Positions 12,677 through 25,668 are shown, counted from the first letter of the stretch. The stretch is 64,000 bases of DNA from Eledone cirrhosa (GCA_964016885.1 OZ024740.1:428296001-428360000); one strand, 5' to 3'. Program-made: numbers and translations. The notes: a model not told the origin generated them from the letters alone.

Positions 12677-12920
12677 GAAGGCGCCTGGCTTAATGTTTAG
12701 AGCATTGGGCTTGTAATCGAATGGTTGTGAGTTCAATTCTCGGATCGAGTGATTTGTTGTTTCCTTCAGCCAGACACTTTATTTCACGTTGCTCCAATTT
12801 ACTGAGCTGTAGAAATTAGATGATAGGACTGGGGTCCCTATCATTAAATCACCCAAGACACATCCAACGAGATAAACCTTGGAGGAGTCCAGCTAAACCT
12901 GCATAGGTGTGAGCTGTCAC
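12677..12920 (+). mobile_element. SINE family S2
   Basis: tRNA head gaaggcgcctggcttaatgtttagag, gagttcaattc, CORE-like gacactttatttcacgttgctcc; tail shared with 24808-25015. Confidence 0.75.
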
Positions 12921-13055
12921 ACACATACACACACACACACACACTCTATGGGAAATTGAACCCCACATCTCCAGATATTATCTAGTCGGTAACCGGAAAG
13001 TACGAGGTTCAATTACTCATGGTTGTCGTAAGCAAATTCTTTTTCTGTCTTTTAA

Positions 13056-13263
13056 CCCTTTAGCATTTACATTATTCAATATAAACTACTATATTTTCAC
13101 GGTAAACGCTTTACCTCACATAATAGCAAATATATGAGATTTTGATATTATTTATTTTCAGAACAATATCTTAACATAGGTATGAGCAGCCAGTTACAGC
13201 CGGTTTAAAAAAAAAGGGGTGAGAGAATTCTGGCCTGAGATGGCCGGTTTAAATGCTAAAGGG
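13056..13263. mobile_element. piggyBac-type MITE
   Basis: TTAA target duplication (13052-55, 13264-67) and 14-bp TIR ccctttagcattta / taaatgctaaaggg. Confidence 0.85.
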
Positions 13264-13377
13264 TTAAGGTTGTTCGCTCCATTTTATAAGCATTTCTGTG
13301 CTTAAGGACTTTTTTGTACTTATATAATTTACATATATTCTCATCGCTTCAAAAGCCGAAAATTCGGCTTCGTACAT

Positions 13378-13463
<86 letters not shown>

Positions 13464-13565
13464 GAGAGAGAGAGCGTGAAACTAATAAACCTTTGTTTGT
13501 ACTGCCTCTCTGTTTTGTTCCCGTTCCATTTGTCACTATATATATATATATGTGTGTGTGTGTAT

Positions 13566-13624
<59 letters not shown>

Positions 13625-13916
13625 CATATGTATGTATATATATATATATATATATATAAACAATGAGTTATTTGGTTTGTCGATTATTCAACAAAGTTAA
13701 TTTTACCACAGATTAGAAGCAGATTAGAACCAGTTTTATCGGAGTATCATTAATAACAATAATATTAATAATTGGAAAATATCTTTATAAAACCATATTT
13801 ATTTTATTATACGTATTTCAAGGATACAATTATTTAAGTACGCTTTCGTCAGGTAAAATATAATAATTGGTGTTAAGATAGTGACATATCTCCATGTGGA
13901 CTTAATGTTATAAGTT

Positions 13917-13972
<56 letters not shown>

Positions 13973-13978
<6 letters not shown>

Positions 13979-14402
13979 ATGCTTTGGGAGGGTCATGTTG
14001 CCAATAAAAAACACACGCACCAGTTGCTTTCACTTCAATTTATTATAATAAATTTATAAATTTCCGGTTGGTTGGTTGGTTGGTTCCACAACCAAATGAT
14101 TGTTTATATATTTTCAAAGTTCTTTCATCACACATTCTGTAAAGAATCCCCAGTCACTGAAGAGGTCACAGAATGTGTGACGAAAGAACTTTGACAATAT
14201 ATAAACAATCATCTGGTTGTGGAACCAACCAACCAACCGGAAATTTATAAATTCCTAAATTTATAAATGTATTATAATAAATTGAAGTGAATCAACTGGT
14301 GCGTGTGTTTCTTATTGGCAACATGACCCTCCCAAAGCATAACAATATCGGTTTCAACACACGTTTTCAGATAAAGAATCTTGCTAAGCAAATTCAGAAA
14401 CG
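13973..14402 (+). mobile_element. Fold-back element, family A (inverted arms ~170 bp, hammerhead, 55-bp unpaired tail)
   Basis: attgttatgctttgggagggtcatgttgcc... mirrored by ...ggcaacatgaccctcccaaagcataacaat; tail atcggtttcaacacacg...cagaaacg; (TA)n on both sides. Confidence 0.85.
14153..14195 (+). ncRNA. Minimal type I hammerhead ribozyme
   Basis: gtca-CTGAAGA-g-gtcaca-gaatg-tgtgac-GAAA-gaac-TT-tgac. Confidence 0.65.
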
Positions 14403-14474
<72 letters not shown>

Positions 14475-14481
<7 letters not shown>

Positions 14482-15027
14482 ACCTACATTCCGCGGGCTC
14501 ACATACATTCTCTGTGCGTAATTTGGCTCAGTTCAGCCAATCAGCGCCAGTAGAAGAGGATGTATCATAACGCGCCCTGAGGAAGAAATTCCCCGCGAAG
14601 ATTTGAAGAATCTCTAGCTTGTACCAGAAACTTCGAGCCAGCAACACGCATAATGTAGGAGTGAGATATTGCACCCCTAGCCTCGCCGGCTTAACGGCGC
14701 AATGGCACATTCCCTAATGTAACCTCTTTTTATCTGTAACTTCAACCATATAAATAAACAAACATTTCATCTCTAATTACTGCGGTTGAAGTCGTTATTA
14801 TGTTACTCTTGTCTCAATGACATCTTTAATCCATGCTGCTGGAATTGGCGACCTGACGAAAGGAATATTGTAAATAGATGGTAAATAGATCGAGGGACCT
14901 TCCCTCACGTCTATGTCAACAAGATAATCCAACGAGGATACTATCACTTACCACACTGGCAACTAACGACCACTGATTCTACCACCCTGCTAAAGTGGCG
15001 ATAACATCTACAACTAATACTGCTAAA
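14475..15027 (+). repeat. 5' LTR
   Basis: TGTAGTG...CTGCTAAA; contains tataaataaa (TATA/polyA-like) at ~14749. Confidence 0.9.
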
Positions 15028-15028
15028 G

Positions 15029-15046
15029 TGGTGACTCCGACGTAAG
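15029..15046 (+). other. Primer binding site, tRNA-Trp
   Basis: TGGTGACTCCGACGT versus the canonical metazoan tRNA-Trp PBS TGGTGACCCCGACGTGAT. Confidence 0.8.
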
Positions 15047-16599
15047 AATATCACGCAGCCCTTCTTATTCATTCAGTTTAACATTTATTGCCACGTCGCA
15101 ACTTGCGAAAATCCAGAATACTCCTTTTAAGATTTTTGAAAAATTAGCAGTATTTCAAAAACTTTTTCGCCACGAAAAAAATGTCAAGATGGCTACCGAC
15201 ATGTCATGGCTACGCTTGACAACAACAATGACAGCAGCAGCGACAGCGTTGTTTAACCACTGACCAATACAGGGAACAGTGAGTGGCAGCTTCATAACCT
15301 TACCAACGCCAACCACCACACATCGGAAATTTCAAAACGGCTTGTAACTTTACCGACGCAACCTTCTGTCTCGTTACCACGGACGCGAGAAATTGAGACA
15401 GTAGTTTTCTCACCATTATGGCGTCAGACGTGACTGCCATATTTGGTGACTCCTACTCTACAGAAGATTCTTTGACTTTGCTTTAACAAGAAGCAACACA
15501 ACCGTGTGGCGGGACGGGAAAATGGCCACGAAATCTCACAAAAACACCATACATCTAACCCCTAACGGCATTAACAAACTTCTTTTTCAGTTTTCAGATA
15601 GAACTAGTGTCTGTACACTGGTGATGTGTGAACTATTTGACTTTGAAAAACTTTGAACTTATTGAGCAATTTCTCTGCTCCCCTAGATTGACTTTGAATT
15701 ATCAGTTTGTTACATTCACATATTTCTTTGTAGAATGCATTTACTTGTTTTGTGCTCTTTTGCTATTTGCTTGCTCATGGTTTTTGTTCATTCACATTCT
15801 TTGCTGTTTTACATGCCTGCATATGCACACATTTTTTTTTTATCACACACCAACATGTTGTTCTTGGTATATGTTCTTCAAACGTAATATTCTGCGAGTC
15901 CCTTTTCACCTGGTTGAGATGCTGGCAGCTCACAGAGCTTAATCCACTGGATTCAAACAGGCACCGCAACACGAGAATACATTGCCGCTGAACTCGAACA
16001 GCTTCGCATCTCGTTGCACACTGATCGTCCATGACGGCCACCCGTCTTGTTGTTTTTGCCCGACTCGCTGGGAAAGCAACAAATTGAGCTGGACTTGTCA
16101 ACATTTCGGCCACTTCTGTGGATTCGCCCGAATTATGGAATTTACACTGCAACCCACCTACAGATTAAACTTGCCTTTTGTTCTTTACAAAGCAACCAGC
16201 CATTTTTTCCTGGCTCCACAGCACATTCGACAATACATCTGGGGGCCATCATTTTCTCGCCAGCACTGGTAAACTACCATTATAGCTTCGTTCACAGCTA
16301 CTGGTACAACGCTTACCATTAACATTTAATGCAAGAACAGCAATTTCGCCCATGTCAGACTTTATCCGTTTTTTGTTAGACCTTTGGCGGTCACGTATAA
16401 ACAACAAAACAACTGGTCATTTGACACAGCGGCTCAACACGGCCCGTAGCGCCTCATTTTTTGTTCTTGCATGCAACCTTCTGCTCAATTATTTTTTCAC
16501 TGATGTGCTCTTTCAGCATTTGTTCTTGCTGATTTAATAATATGTGGATCCTTGGTTTCTTCGTTATCGATTTTCGGCTGAAAATCTGGTTGGAGGTGA

Positions 16600-17152
16600 T
16601 GTAGTGACCTACATTCCGCGGGCTCACATACATTCTCTGTGCGTGATTTGGCTCAGTTCAGCCAATCAGCGCCAGTAGAAGAGGATGTATCCCTACGCGC
16701 CCTGAGGAAGAAATTCCCCGCGAAGATTTGAAGAATCTCTAGCTTGTACCAGAAACTTCGAGCCAGCAACACGCATAATGTAGGAGTGAGATATTGCACC
16801 CCTAGCCTCGCCGGCTTAACGGCGCAATGGCACATTCCCTAATGTAACCTCTTTTTATCTGTAACTTCAACCATATAAATAAACAAACATTTCATCTCTA
16901 ATTACTGCGGTTGAAGTCGTTATTATGTTACTCTTGTCTCAATGACATCTTTAATCCATGCTGCTGGAATTGGCGACCTGACGAAAGGAATATTGTAAAT
17001 AGATGGTAAATAGATCGAGGGACCTTCCCTCACGTCTATGTCAACAAGATAATCCAACGAGGATACTATCACTTACCACACTGGCAACTAACGACCACTG
17101 ATTCTACCACCCTGCTAAAGTGGCGATAACATCTACAACTAATACTGCTAAA
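16600..17152 (+). repeat. 3' LTR
   Basis: Direct copy of 14475-15027, preceded by a PPT-like tract. Confidence 0.9.
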
Positions 17153-17283
17153 TATATATATATATATATTTATATATGTATATATATATATACATATATG
17201 CAGGGGTTATATTTAATTTGTTGGGATTCAACAAGCTTAAACATTTTTATAACTGATGTAAAGCACTCAACAAGTTAGTGGAG

Positions 17284-17555
17284 TAAATATACAATATATT
17301 AATAAATGGAAACTATATTTATAAAGCCATAATTATATTATTATATATATTTCAAAGGCAACCAACTATCCAGCGAATTTCAACCGTTGAGGTTGTCTTT
17401 TTTCCGGGTATGTCAATATTTATTTATAAAACAAATCTGTATTTTATCTGATGAAAGCACACCATAATTTACCTTGGTTGCTCTTGAAATATATATAATA
17501 AAATAATTATGGTTTTATAAATATAGTTTCCATTTATTAATATATTGTATATTTA
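17284..17555. mobile_element. Fold-back element with ~80-bp arms (family C); diverged relative at ~13670-13915
   Basis: taaatatacaatatattaataaatggaaactatatttataaa...ggcaaccaa / ttggttgc...tttataaatatagtttccatttattaatatattgtatattta; loop contains ctgatgaaag. Confidence 0.7.
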
Positions 17556-17562
17556 TATATAT

Positions 17563-17658
17563 TTCGTTTCTGAATTGGTTTAGCAAGATTCTTTATCTGG
17601 AAACGTGTGTTGAAACCGATATTGTTATGGTTTGGAAGAGGCATGTTGCCAATAAGAA

Positions 17659-17667
<9 letters not shown>
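17563..17667 (-). mobile_element. Family A tail fragment
   Basis: Reverse complement of 14303-14402. Confidence 0.8.
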
Positions 17668-17719
<52 letters not shown>

Positions 17720-17880
17720 AAGTATTTCCGTGGAAAAAGTAGAGGAAAGAAGCGTGCTCTATGTATAGTACAGAGCTAAAGATTCCTTCTGATGAACGAC
17801 TACGGACGCCTCTGTTGGGGTCGCCTGACTTCGTGAAGCCTTGGGTAATAGAATAATTATAATGTGTTGTTTATTACATA

Positions 17881-17915
<35 letters not shown>

Positions 17916-18400
17916 GTTAAAGAAAGAAGGATAACATGGTTGGCTGTACAATAAGGGCTTTATTCAAAGTGCTGACAATTGTTTCGTTGATCTGTTGCGT
18001 CTAGAGTTCGCTAATCGATTGATGCTGCGCCAATCGATCTCCAATACGTTGTTTACAACCAGTCAACACATCAGAGCAAGTGGATATGAGAATAATACGC
18101 AAGGCATGGCTTTTATAGAAGAGTGGTGTTAGACCAGAACAATAACATCAGTAACAAAATAGCTATATAGCGAATAATTTAAACAATGACATCAATAATA
18201 AAACACGCATGGAAAATAAACAGAGATGATACAGATGTATGAAGTGACATGCGAAATCTAAGATAGGGTACATTAAAAGTAGGTAAAGGAATAAAATAAT
18301 AAAATGTACTTAGAGTCAGATTTTAGGGTCTCTTACAATTGTCAGCACTTTGAATAAAGCCCTTATTGTACAGCCAACCATGTTACCCCTCTTTCTTTAA
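17916..18400 (-). mobile_element. Fold-back element with ~65-bp arms and long-stem-II hammerhead (family D)
   Basis: ttaaagaaaga...taacatggttggctgtacaataagggctttattcaaagtgctgacaattgt / acaattgtcagcactttgaataaagcccttattgtacagccaaccatgtta...tctttctttaa; related fragment at 52075-52146. Confidence 0.75.
17969..18078 (-). ncRNA. Type I hammerhead with extended, branched stem II
   Basis: Minus strand: tgct-CTGATGT-gttga-[~72 nt]-tcaac-GAAAC-aatt-GTC-agca. GUC triplet; A9 replaced by U. Confidence 0.55.
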
Positions 18401-20224
18401 TTATTATTACACCAAGTATAACCTGCATAGAAATTACCGCGAACTCGCTGCATAACTATGGAAGCGTCTTGTTGAGTCAAACTAAGCCGTACGTTAAAAT
18501 CATCCACAACACGGAATACTCTAACTGGACTACCTCTAAGTGGGTCACTTATAACGATAACTTGTTATCCCATATATATATATATATATATATATATACT
18601 CGATCTCATGTAAAGGTCGACCCTATATGCTTAATTGTTGTATTTTTTCTTCATTTTTTTATTCTTTCTCTAGGACTTCTGATATTATTTTTGATAGCAA
18701 TATTTTTGTATTGGCCCCTAAAGTACTACCTTGGGTCCCCGAGGGCCCCACTTGTCATCAGGCAAATTGTGGTAAAGTTGTATGAAAAACGATTAGAAGA
18801 GGTAAAATGTTTCTTGTATTATTTTTATTAATTTTGATGAAACCAATCTTTTCTTCATTTAGTTAATTCATTATTGATTATATACCTGCTTAAGATGTGG
18901 ATGAAACGTGTGTTAATTAAAATATAATATAATTAACAGTCTTTGGTCTTCTTTTCAATGTTATATATATATATATATATATGAGTGGGGGGTGAGTGTG
19001 TGTGTGTGTGTGTGACTGTGTGTGTGACTGTGTGTGAGTGTGTGTATGTGTGTGTGAGTGTGTGTGAGTGTGTGTGTGTGTCAGTGTGTGTGTGTGACTG
19101 TGTGTGTGAGTGTGTGTGAGTGTATGTGAGTGTACGCGCGTGTGTGTGTGTGTCTAGAATCTCTATATATATCGTGGGGCGACAATGTTAAAGAAAGTAC
19201 TCAAAGATGATTTCTTATGAATAAAACAGCTTTACTCCTAAATATCTTGATATCTTCTTTATTTTTGCGTGAAAGAAATTATAATTTGAGGGTTATTTTA
19301 CTGCTATTTCTAGCAAGACCAGAGAACGTGTAGAAACATCCTCATCATTCAAACCTGTTTTCCTGGTTGCCTTTTACAACGCAAATAGCTGGTATGTCAA
19401 GAACAAGACAGAGTGTGTTTCTCTCTCTATATATATATATATATATATCTTTCCATCTCTCGCGCTCTCTCTTTCTCTCTCCCTCTCTCCCCCTCTCTCT
19501 CCCTCTCTCGCTCTCCTTCTTTCTCTCTCTCTCGCTCTGTCTCTCTCTCTTCCCTCTCTCTCTCTCATCTCTCTCTCCCCCTCTCTCTCACCCCCCTCTC
19601 TCTCTCTCATCCTCTCAGTTTCCCCCTCTATCACTCTCATTCTCTCTCTCGTTCTCTCTCCCTCTCTCTCTCTCTCTCTCTCCCTCTCTCCTTCTATCCC
19701 TCCCCCTCTCTCTTTCCCCTTCTCTCTCTCTCTCTATCTCTCTCTGATTTGTCACAATACCACTTTTTTCCTCTTTTCACTAAGTTGGTGAGTGCTGAAG
19801 GACAAGATCTAAACCTTACTGTACGTCTCATGGTAATTAAAACTAACCAAGTTACATAAGATCCCGCATGTTACTCTCTACGTACACCAGGTGTTTATAA
19901 GAAGCAACCGAAACGAAACTTTTCTCGAATTCGATGTGGTGGCCACGATAGTCATTGTAAATGTAGTCACTATATCATATGTAAATTACAATTAGGAATA
20001 AAACTGTTTATATGTTCTGTAATGGCAGTAATGGACTTGCTGTGAAATGTCTGCCAAACCTATTCAAAGATGACCTGCACTAATCCTCACCACACACACA
20101 CACACATTCTCTCTCTCTCTTTCTCACTCTCTCTCTCTCTCTCATACTCTATCTATGTATCTCACTCTCTCTCTCTCTCTCTCTCCCTCTCTATCTCTAT
20201 CTATGTCTATGTATCTATCTATCT

Positions 20225-20471
20225 ACCTGTAGGTTGAAGAAGATAGCAAAAGGAAGAAAGGAGCACTTGCACAATATGCTCCTGAAGTTGAGGGTTGTTC
20301 TATCCACGGGGTATTAAACAACCCCTTTGTAACGGCTCCCCCCCTATTCGGGATTTCGATTGTTGAATTTGTTTGTTTAAAAATTTTTTTTACACGATTG
20401 TATGTAAAATCCCCAGCATATGTCTTTGTATTGTCCCCTTTTCTTGTGCGCCCTTGTGGCAAATAAAGAAA
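20225..20471 (+). mobile_element. 5'-truncated Tx1-type LINE 3' end in (TCTA)n
   Basis: Reverse-complement match to 37338-37578; ends gtggcaaataaagaaa|tctatctatc, and is preceded by tctatctatcta. Confidence 0.85.
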
Positions 20472-21009
20472 TCTATCTATCTCTCTCTCACTCTCTTTCT
20501 CTATCTCTATCTCTATCTATCTATCTCTCTCACTCTCTCACCCTCGATCTCTTTCGATATCTCTCCCTCTCTTACTATCTCTCTCTCTCTCACTCTCTCT
20601 TTCGATCTCTATCTATCTATCTATCTATCTGTATACCCCCTCTCTCTCTCTCTCACTTACTCTCTCTTTCGATCTCTATCTATCTATCTCTATCTCTCCC
20701 TCTCTCTCGATCTACCCCCCACTCTCTCTCCAATGTTCTCTTTCTTTCACCATATTTCTTCTGTACACAAAACCACATAGACATTGGTGGTACTATTGAC
20801 AACTTGAACGCCACCTACCGTTGGCTATCCGAATTAAAATATATATATATATGTCTGTGTGCGAGTGCTTCTGTATGTGAAGGGATGCATGTATGTGTAT
20901 GCAAGCATTTAATGTACATATACATACATATATAAAAGTGCCTATATATATATATACATAACATATCTACATCTCTTTCTTTCTATCTACCTCTTTCTCT
21001 CTCTCTCTA

Positions 21010-21047
<38 letters not shown>

Positions 21048-22043
21048 AGGATATATGTTGATGTGTTCATATATATATATATATGTGTGAGAAGTGATGG
21101 CGAATGCATGAATGATAAGAAAAAGGAAGTAAACGAAAGAAAGAAAGAAAGAAAGAAAGAAAGAAGCAAAGAAAGAAAGAGAGAAAGAAAGAAAGAAGAT
21201 AGAAAAAGAAGAAAAAAGAAAGAAAGAAAGAGAAAGAAATATGCAACGACGAAAAGGAGGGAAAGAAGCCGGAAAAAAGTGATGCCAATGATTTGTCTGG
21301 GTTTCTTTGGAGAATAATGGCTGCCACTAAAATTCTTCCGAAACTCCAACATAACAGAATTAAAGCAATGATAGATTCTAGTCAGGCTCTTCTTAATGGA
21401 TTACTGTTTCCTTTTTTTTTCACTTTTCTTTTTCGTCTTCCTTTTTGTCTTTCGTTTTATTTTCTCCTGTCTTTTTGTTTTTGTCTTTTCATTTTTTTTT
21501 TTTTTTATTTTTTTTTTTTTTTCTTGGCAAGAATTCGGTAAGCTGAAGAACAGAAGTATTGCTATTTTGGATAAAACCAGCGGCAAGTTCAAATGATAAT
21601 GACCTTTATTTGCAATTTTGTAACATTTTTTTTCTTCTTCAGATAGGGGGCATGTTCTGTGTATGTGCCGATGTGTGTGAGTATGTGTAAGTTAGCTTTG
21701 AACGTAGTTGCGGTGTTTGCGAGGTTTGTGTGTTTGTCGGGTTGCGGGGTTGTGGAGTTGCGGGGTTGCTAGAGAAGGTTTCTTCCTTTTTGTTCATGTG
21801 TTATGTTTTTGTTATATTTCTATGTTTTCTATAATTTAACTTTTGTCTATTGATGCTTATTTTTCTTGTATTTATTTTTGTCTTCTTCTCATTTATTTAT
21901 TTCTTCTTGTTCAATTACTGTATCTACCTAGAAATAAATATGCTATACGTTGCTTTGCTTGCATGAATATTAATTCCAACATTCAGTTATAAATACAACG
22001 TATCCCATTTAAACTAGGTAGATACAGACACACACACAAACAC

Positions 22044-22140
<97 letters not shown>

Positions 22141-22337
22141 TATACACACAGAAATAACGTTTACAATTGGTTCCATTGTTGTGTGAGTTCTATAGTCCTA
22201 TATAAACTGTAATATACGTGGGTTTGTCTTGTGGGAGTTACAAAATAAGGGACGTTTATGGAGAACATTTCGAAGTTGGTTGCGAAAAGTTATATTCATT
22301 GAAAAGTATAGTTCATTTCTTAATTGAGGAAATGTCA

Positions 22338-22400
<63 letters not shown>

Positions 22401-22406
<6 letters not shown>

Positions 22407-22703
22407 AAAAAAAGAAGATGAAATCGAAAATGCAACTGGAGTTTTTTAAGAATATTTATTTGTTTCCTTTACCGGTTTCACAGTTCTTATGCTTTTCAAA
22501 TGTAGAATTGAGATGCGATAAAAACCTAAACCCTCCATCTCAATTCTACTTTTGAAAAGCATAAGAACTGTGAAACCGGTAAAGGAAACAAATAAATATT
22601 CCTAAAAAGACTCCAGTTACATTTTCGATTTCATCTTTTTTCCTTATACTTACACACGTGTAGGGCATCTTGTTTTTCTTCATTTGAAAAAAAACCTCAT
22701 TTT

Positions 22704-22707
<4 letters not shown>
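22401..22707. mobile_element. Fold-back element, family B (second copy, ~115-bp arms)
   Basis: ataaggaaaaa...tagaattgagatg / catctcaattcta...tttttccttat; homologous to 9110-9378; (TA)n on both sides. Confidence 0.8.
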
Positions 22708-22773
<66 letters not shown>

Positions 22774-22785
22774 ATATTATATATA

Positions 22786-23143
<358 letters not shown>

Positions 23144-23291
23144 CGAAAATCGCACCTGGTATATATAGAAAAGGAATCTTTATAACATGTATAAAAAAAT
23201 TGATGTGTTGATGTTAGCGAAGCTTGCTTTCTCTGTTCTGGATCTTCAAAATAGTTCTTATCAGGTTAAATTCTGATTATTCGGGTTGAAA

Positions 23292-23482
23292 AGGGCGGTG
23301 TATTGGCTGTATCGGTAGAGGGTCGTATGCCAAGCTTTGCAGCAAAGAGTTACGGCCCTTTATAGTCTGAGTTAAAATCCCGCCGAGGTTCACTTTGCCT
23401 TTCATCCTTACGGGGTCAATAAAATAAAGTACCAGTAATGTACTGGGACAATTGCTGGCCTTGTGCCAAAAGTAGAAACAAT
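23292..23482 (+). mobile_element. SINE family S1
   Basis: Homologous to 4612-4797. Confidence 0.85.
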
Positions 23483-23610
23483 TATTAGGGTTGAATATTG
23501 AGTCTTGTTACTCTGGATGTTCCCCTGTTTAAAGTGCTCCAAGAAAATGAATATTAAAGGACTACATCGGTATTGAGTACTCTTTTCTGTCAGCCGGCAA
23601 CCTCTTACGG

Positions 23611-23644
<34 letters not shown>

Positions 23645-23661
23645 ATGCATGTATGTATGTA

Positions 23662-24125
23662 TGTCGGGTCACTCTTGAGTGCTACTGGTAACATGTAACC
23701 CAGTACAACCTGTCGCATGGTCGGGTCGTCGGCGACTAAAGCCGCAACCCCACCAAGTTTACTTGGTGAGGAGGGTAATTTTGGACACCCTGCAGAACAA
23801 AAAACAAAGCCTGACAAAGGACGGAAGAACTCACAAGAGTCAACGGCCATCCAAAAGTGTGTAAATATGTATATACACATGTGTCGCGCGGTTAAACCAC
23901 TGGAACTGAAGAACCCCTAGCCTTTGTCAGGGCATTCTTCTAGGAGAAGGCAACTCAGGAAACTGGGATAACTCCGATATAAAACCTGCGGCTCAGTAGT
24001 TACCGATGATGTTGATCTTTTCTTCTTTTCGGGTTATAGCTACTGTCGCTCAGAGAGTGGGATTGGCTCAGTGTACAGTATTTCCTCACTTTAAAAAATA
24101 TCTTCACGCAAAGGCATTGCACGAT
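23662..24125 (+). mobile_element. RTE-clade LINE 5' UTR-derived non-autonomous element
   Basis: RTE 5'-UTR-type motif ctaggagaaggcaactc; homologous to the reverse complement of 56450-56646. Confidence 0.55.
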
Positions 24126-24354
24126 AGAATTAATTAATAATTATTAATAATAGTATATCGTGCAATAGCCATACTCGATAACGAGGGAGCAGCTATCATC
24201 ATATATGTATGCAGAGTTGCCTGTCGTTGCCGGACAATTTCTTTCAATTTTTTTATTCCATGCCCCCTCCCCCGTGCCTCATCTTCCGTTACTCATTCCC
24301 CGTGGGCCGTCCCGTTAATCGGCAATCGTCTCGAAGGTAATTTCCACGAAAGAT

Positions 24355-24465
24355 GGACTGGAGCAACATGAATTAAAGTGGCTTACTTAAGGACAAAACG
24401 TGCCGCCGTGATTCGAACTCACAACTTTATAATCCTAAGGTAAATACTCTAACGACTCAGCCACG
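24355..24465 (-). mobile_element. SINE family S2 (degenerate)
   Basis: Reverse complement gtggctgagtcgttagag...gagttcgaatc...gtccttaagtaagccactttaattcatgttgctccag. Confidence 0.65.
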
Positions 24466-24807
24466 TTGCAAAGAATATTCCTTGAGACATTAACAATACG
24501 AAATGGAAAGACGGGCAGAAGAAAAGAGTGTTTCAACGGACGATGAAATAAAACATTTGTCAGTGAGGTTTATTCACTAATCTGATTGGCTATTTGTCAC
24601 TCTTCACTCTAAGCATTAATGGATATTTTCTTTGATAGGCATGAAAGAAGATTATGTATGTGTTTGTTTTTCTTGTATTCTCTGCGGAATTAAAAGTTTT
24701 CACATGCCCCAAAACCTTTTCCTTAGGATGTAAAATCAAAACCAGTTAGCTACAACTGCCTTAAAAATATGGGTCTGAAATTTTGAGCCCTAATAAAGCA
24801 ATCATAG

Positions 24808-25015
24808 TGAAGGCGCAAGGCTTAGTGGTTAGAGCAATCGAAAGGTTCAATTCTCGGACCGGGTGATGTGTTGTTTCCTTGAGCAAGACACTTTTACTCA
24901 GCTGTAGAAATGAGATGATAGGACTGGGCTCCCTATCATTAAATCACCCAAGACACCTCCAACGAGATATACCTTGGCGGAGGCCAGCTAAACCTGCATA
25001 TGTGTGAGCTGTCAT
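24808..25015 (+). mobile_element. SINE family S2
   Basis: gaaggcgcaaggcttagtggttagag...ccttgagcaagacac; tail shared with 12677-12920. Confidence 0.75.
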
Positions 25016-25357
25016 ACACACACACACCCACACCCACACACACACATAGGTGTGAGCTGTCACATACAATCATGTACACCAACAGCATGAACCCAGACAC
25101 AAGAGATTGTAACTATAGAGATAGGCAATGATGTCCATTTGTTAACAGATAAACTTTCAAATCATTTATATAAATTAAAGTACCAGTAATACACTGAGGT
25201 TGACTTTCTCCTCCCTAGAAATTGTAGGCCTTGTGTCTAAATCAGAAACCAACCTAATTAAAATCTACTGTTATAAGCACACCATCATTGTTTAAAATTT
25301 AATCCCTAATTAATTTTATTATTATTATTATTATTATTTAATAATAATAATATTAAC

Positions 25358-25546
25358 AGGGCGGTGGATTGGCAGTATCGGTGGAGGGTCGGATGCCATG
25401 CTTTGCAGCATGGAGTTACGCCCTTTTATGGTCTGAGTTCAAATCCCGCCCAGGTCAACTTTGCCTTTCATCCTTACGGGGTCGATAAAATAAAGTACCA
25501 GTAATGTACTGGGTGATTGCTGGCCTTGTGCCAAAAATATAAACAA
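25358..25546 (+). mobile_element. SINE family S1
   Basis: Homologous to 4612-4797. Confidence 0.85.
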
Positions 25547-25668
25547 TTATTATTTTCACCTTATTTTCTTCCCAATCTTTGATTTTTTTCCCGGTGATTA
25601 TTATGAAAATTATTGCAACATTTCAGAAAAATGCTGATGTATTATCTATACATATCGATACATATAGC

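Larger units (their letters stand above)
14475..17152 (+). mobile_element. Non-autonomous LTR retrotransposon (2.68 kb, probably Ty3/gypsy-dependent)
   Basis: 553-bp direct repeats 14475-15027 and 16600-17152 with about 4 visible differences; PBS 1 nt after the 5' LTR; purine-rich ggttggaggtga before the 3' LTR; no recognisable gag/pol; inserted in (TA)n. Confidence 0.9.

Noticed and set aside
15628-16537. Short ORFs inside the LTR element
   Set aside because: No gag, protease, RT or integrase motifs recognisable; overlapping ORFs on both strands.
23662-23760. HDV-like ribozyme at the RTE 5' end
   Set aside because: Such ribozymes are known in RTE 5' UTRs, but I could not assemble a convincing nested double pseudoknot by eye. 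It needs an RNArobo/Infernal search.
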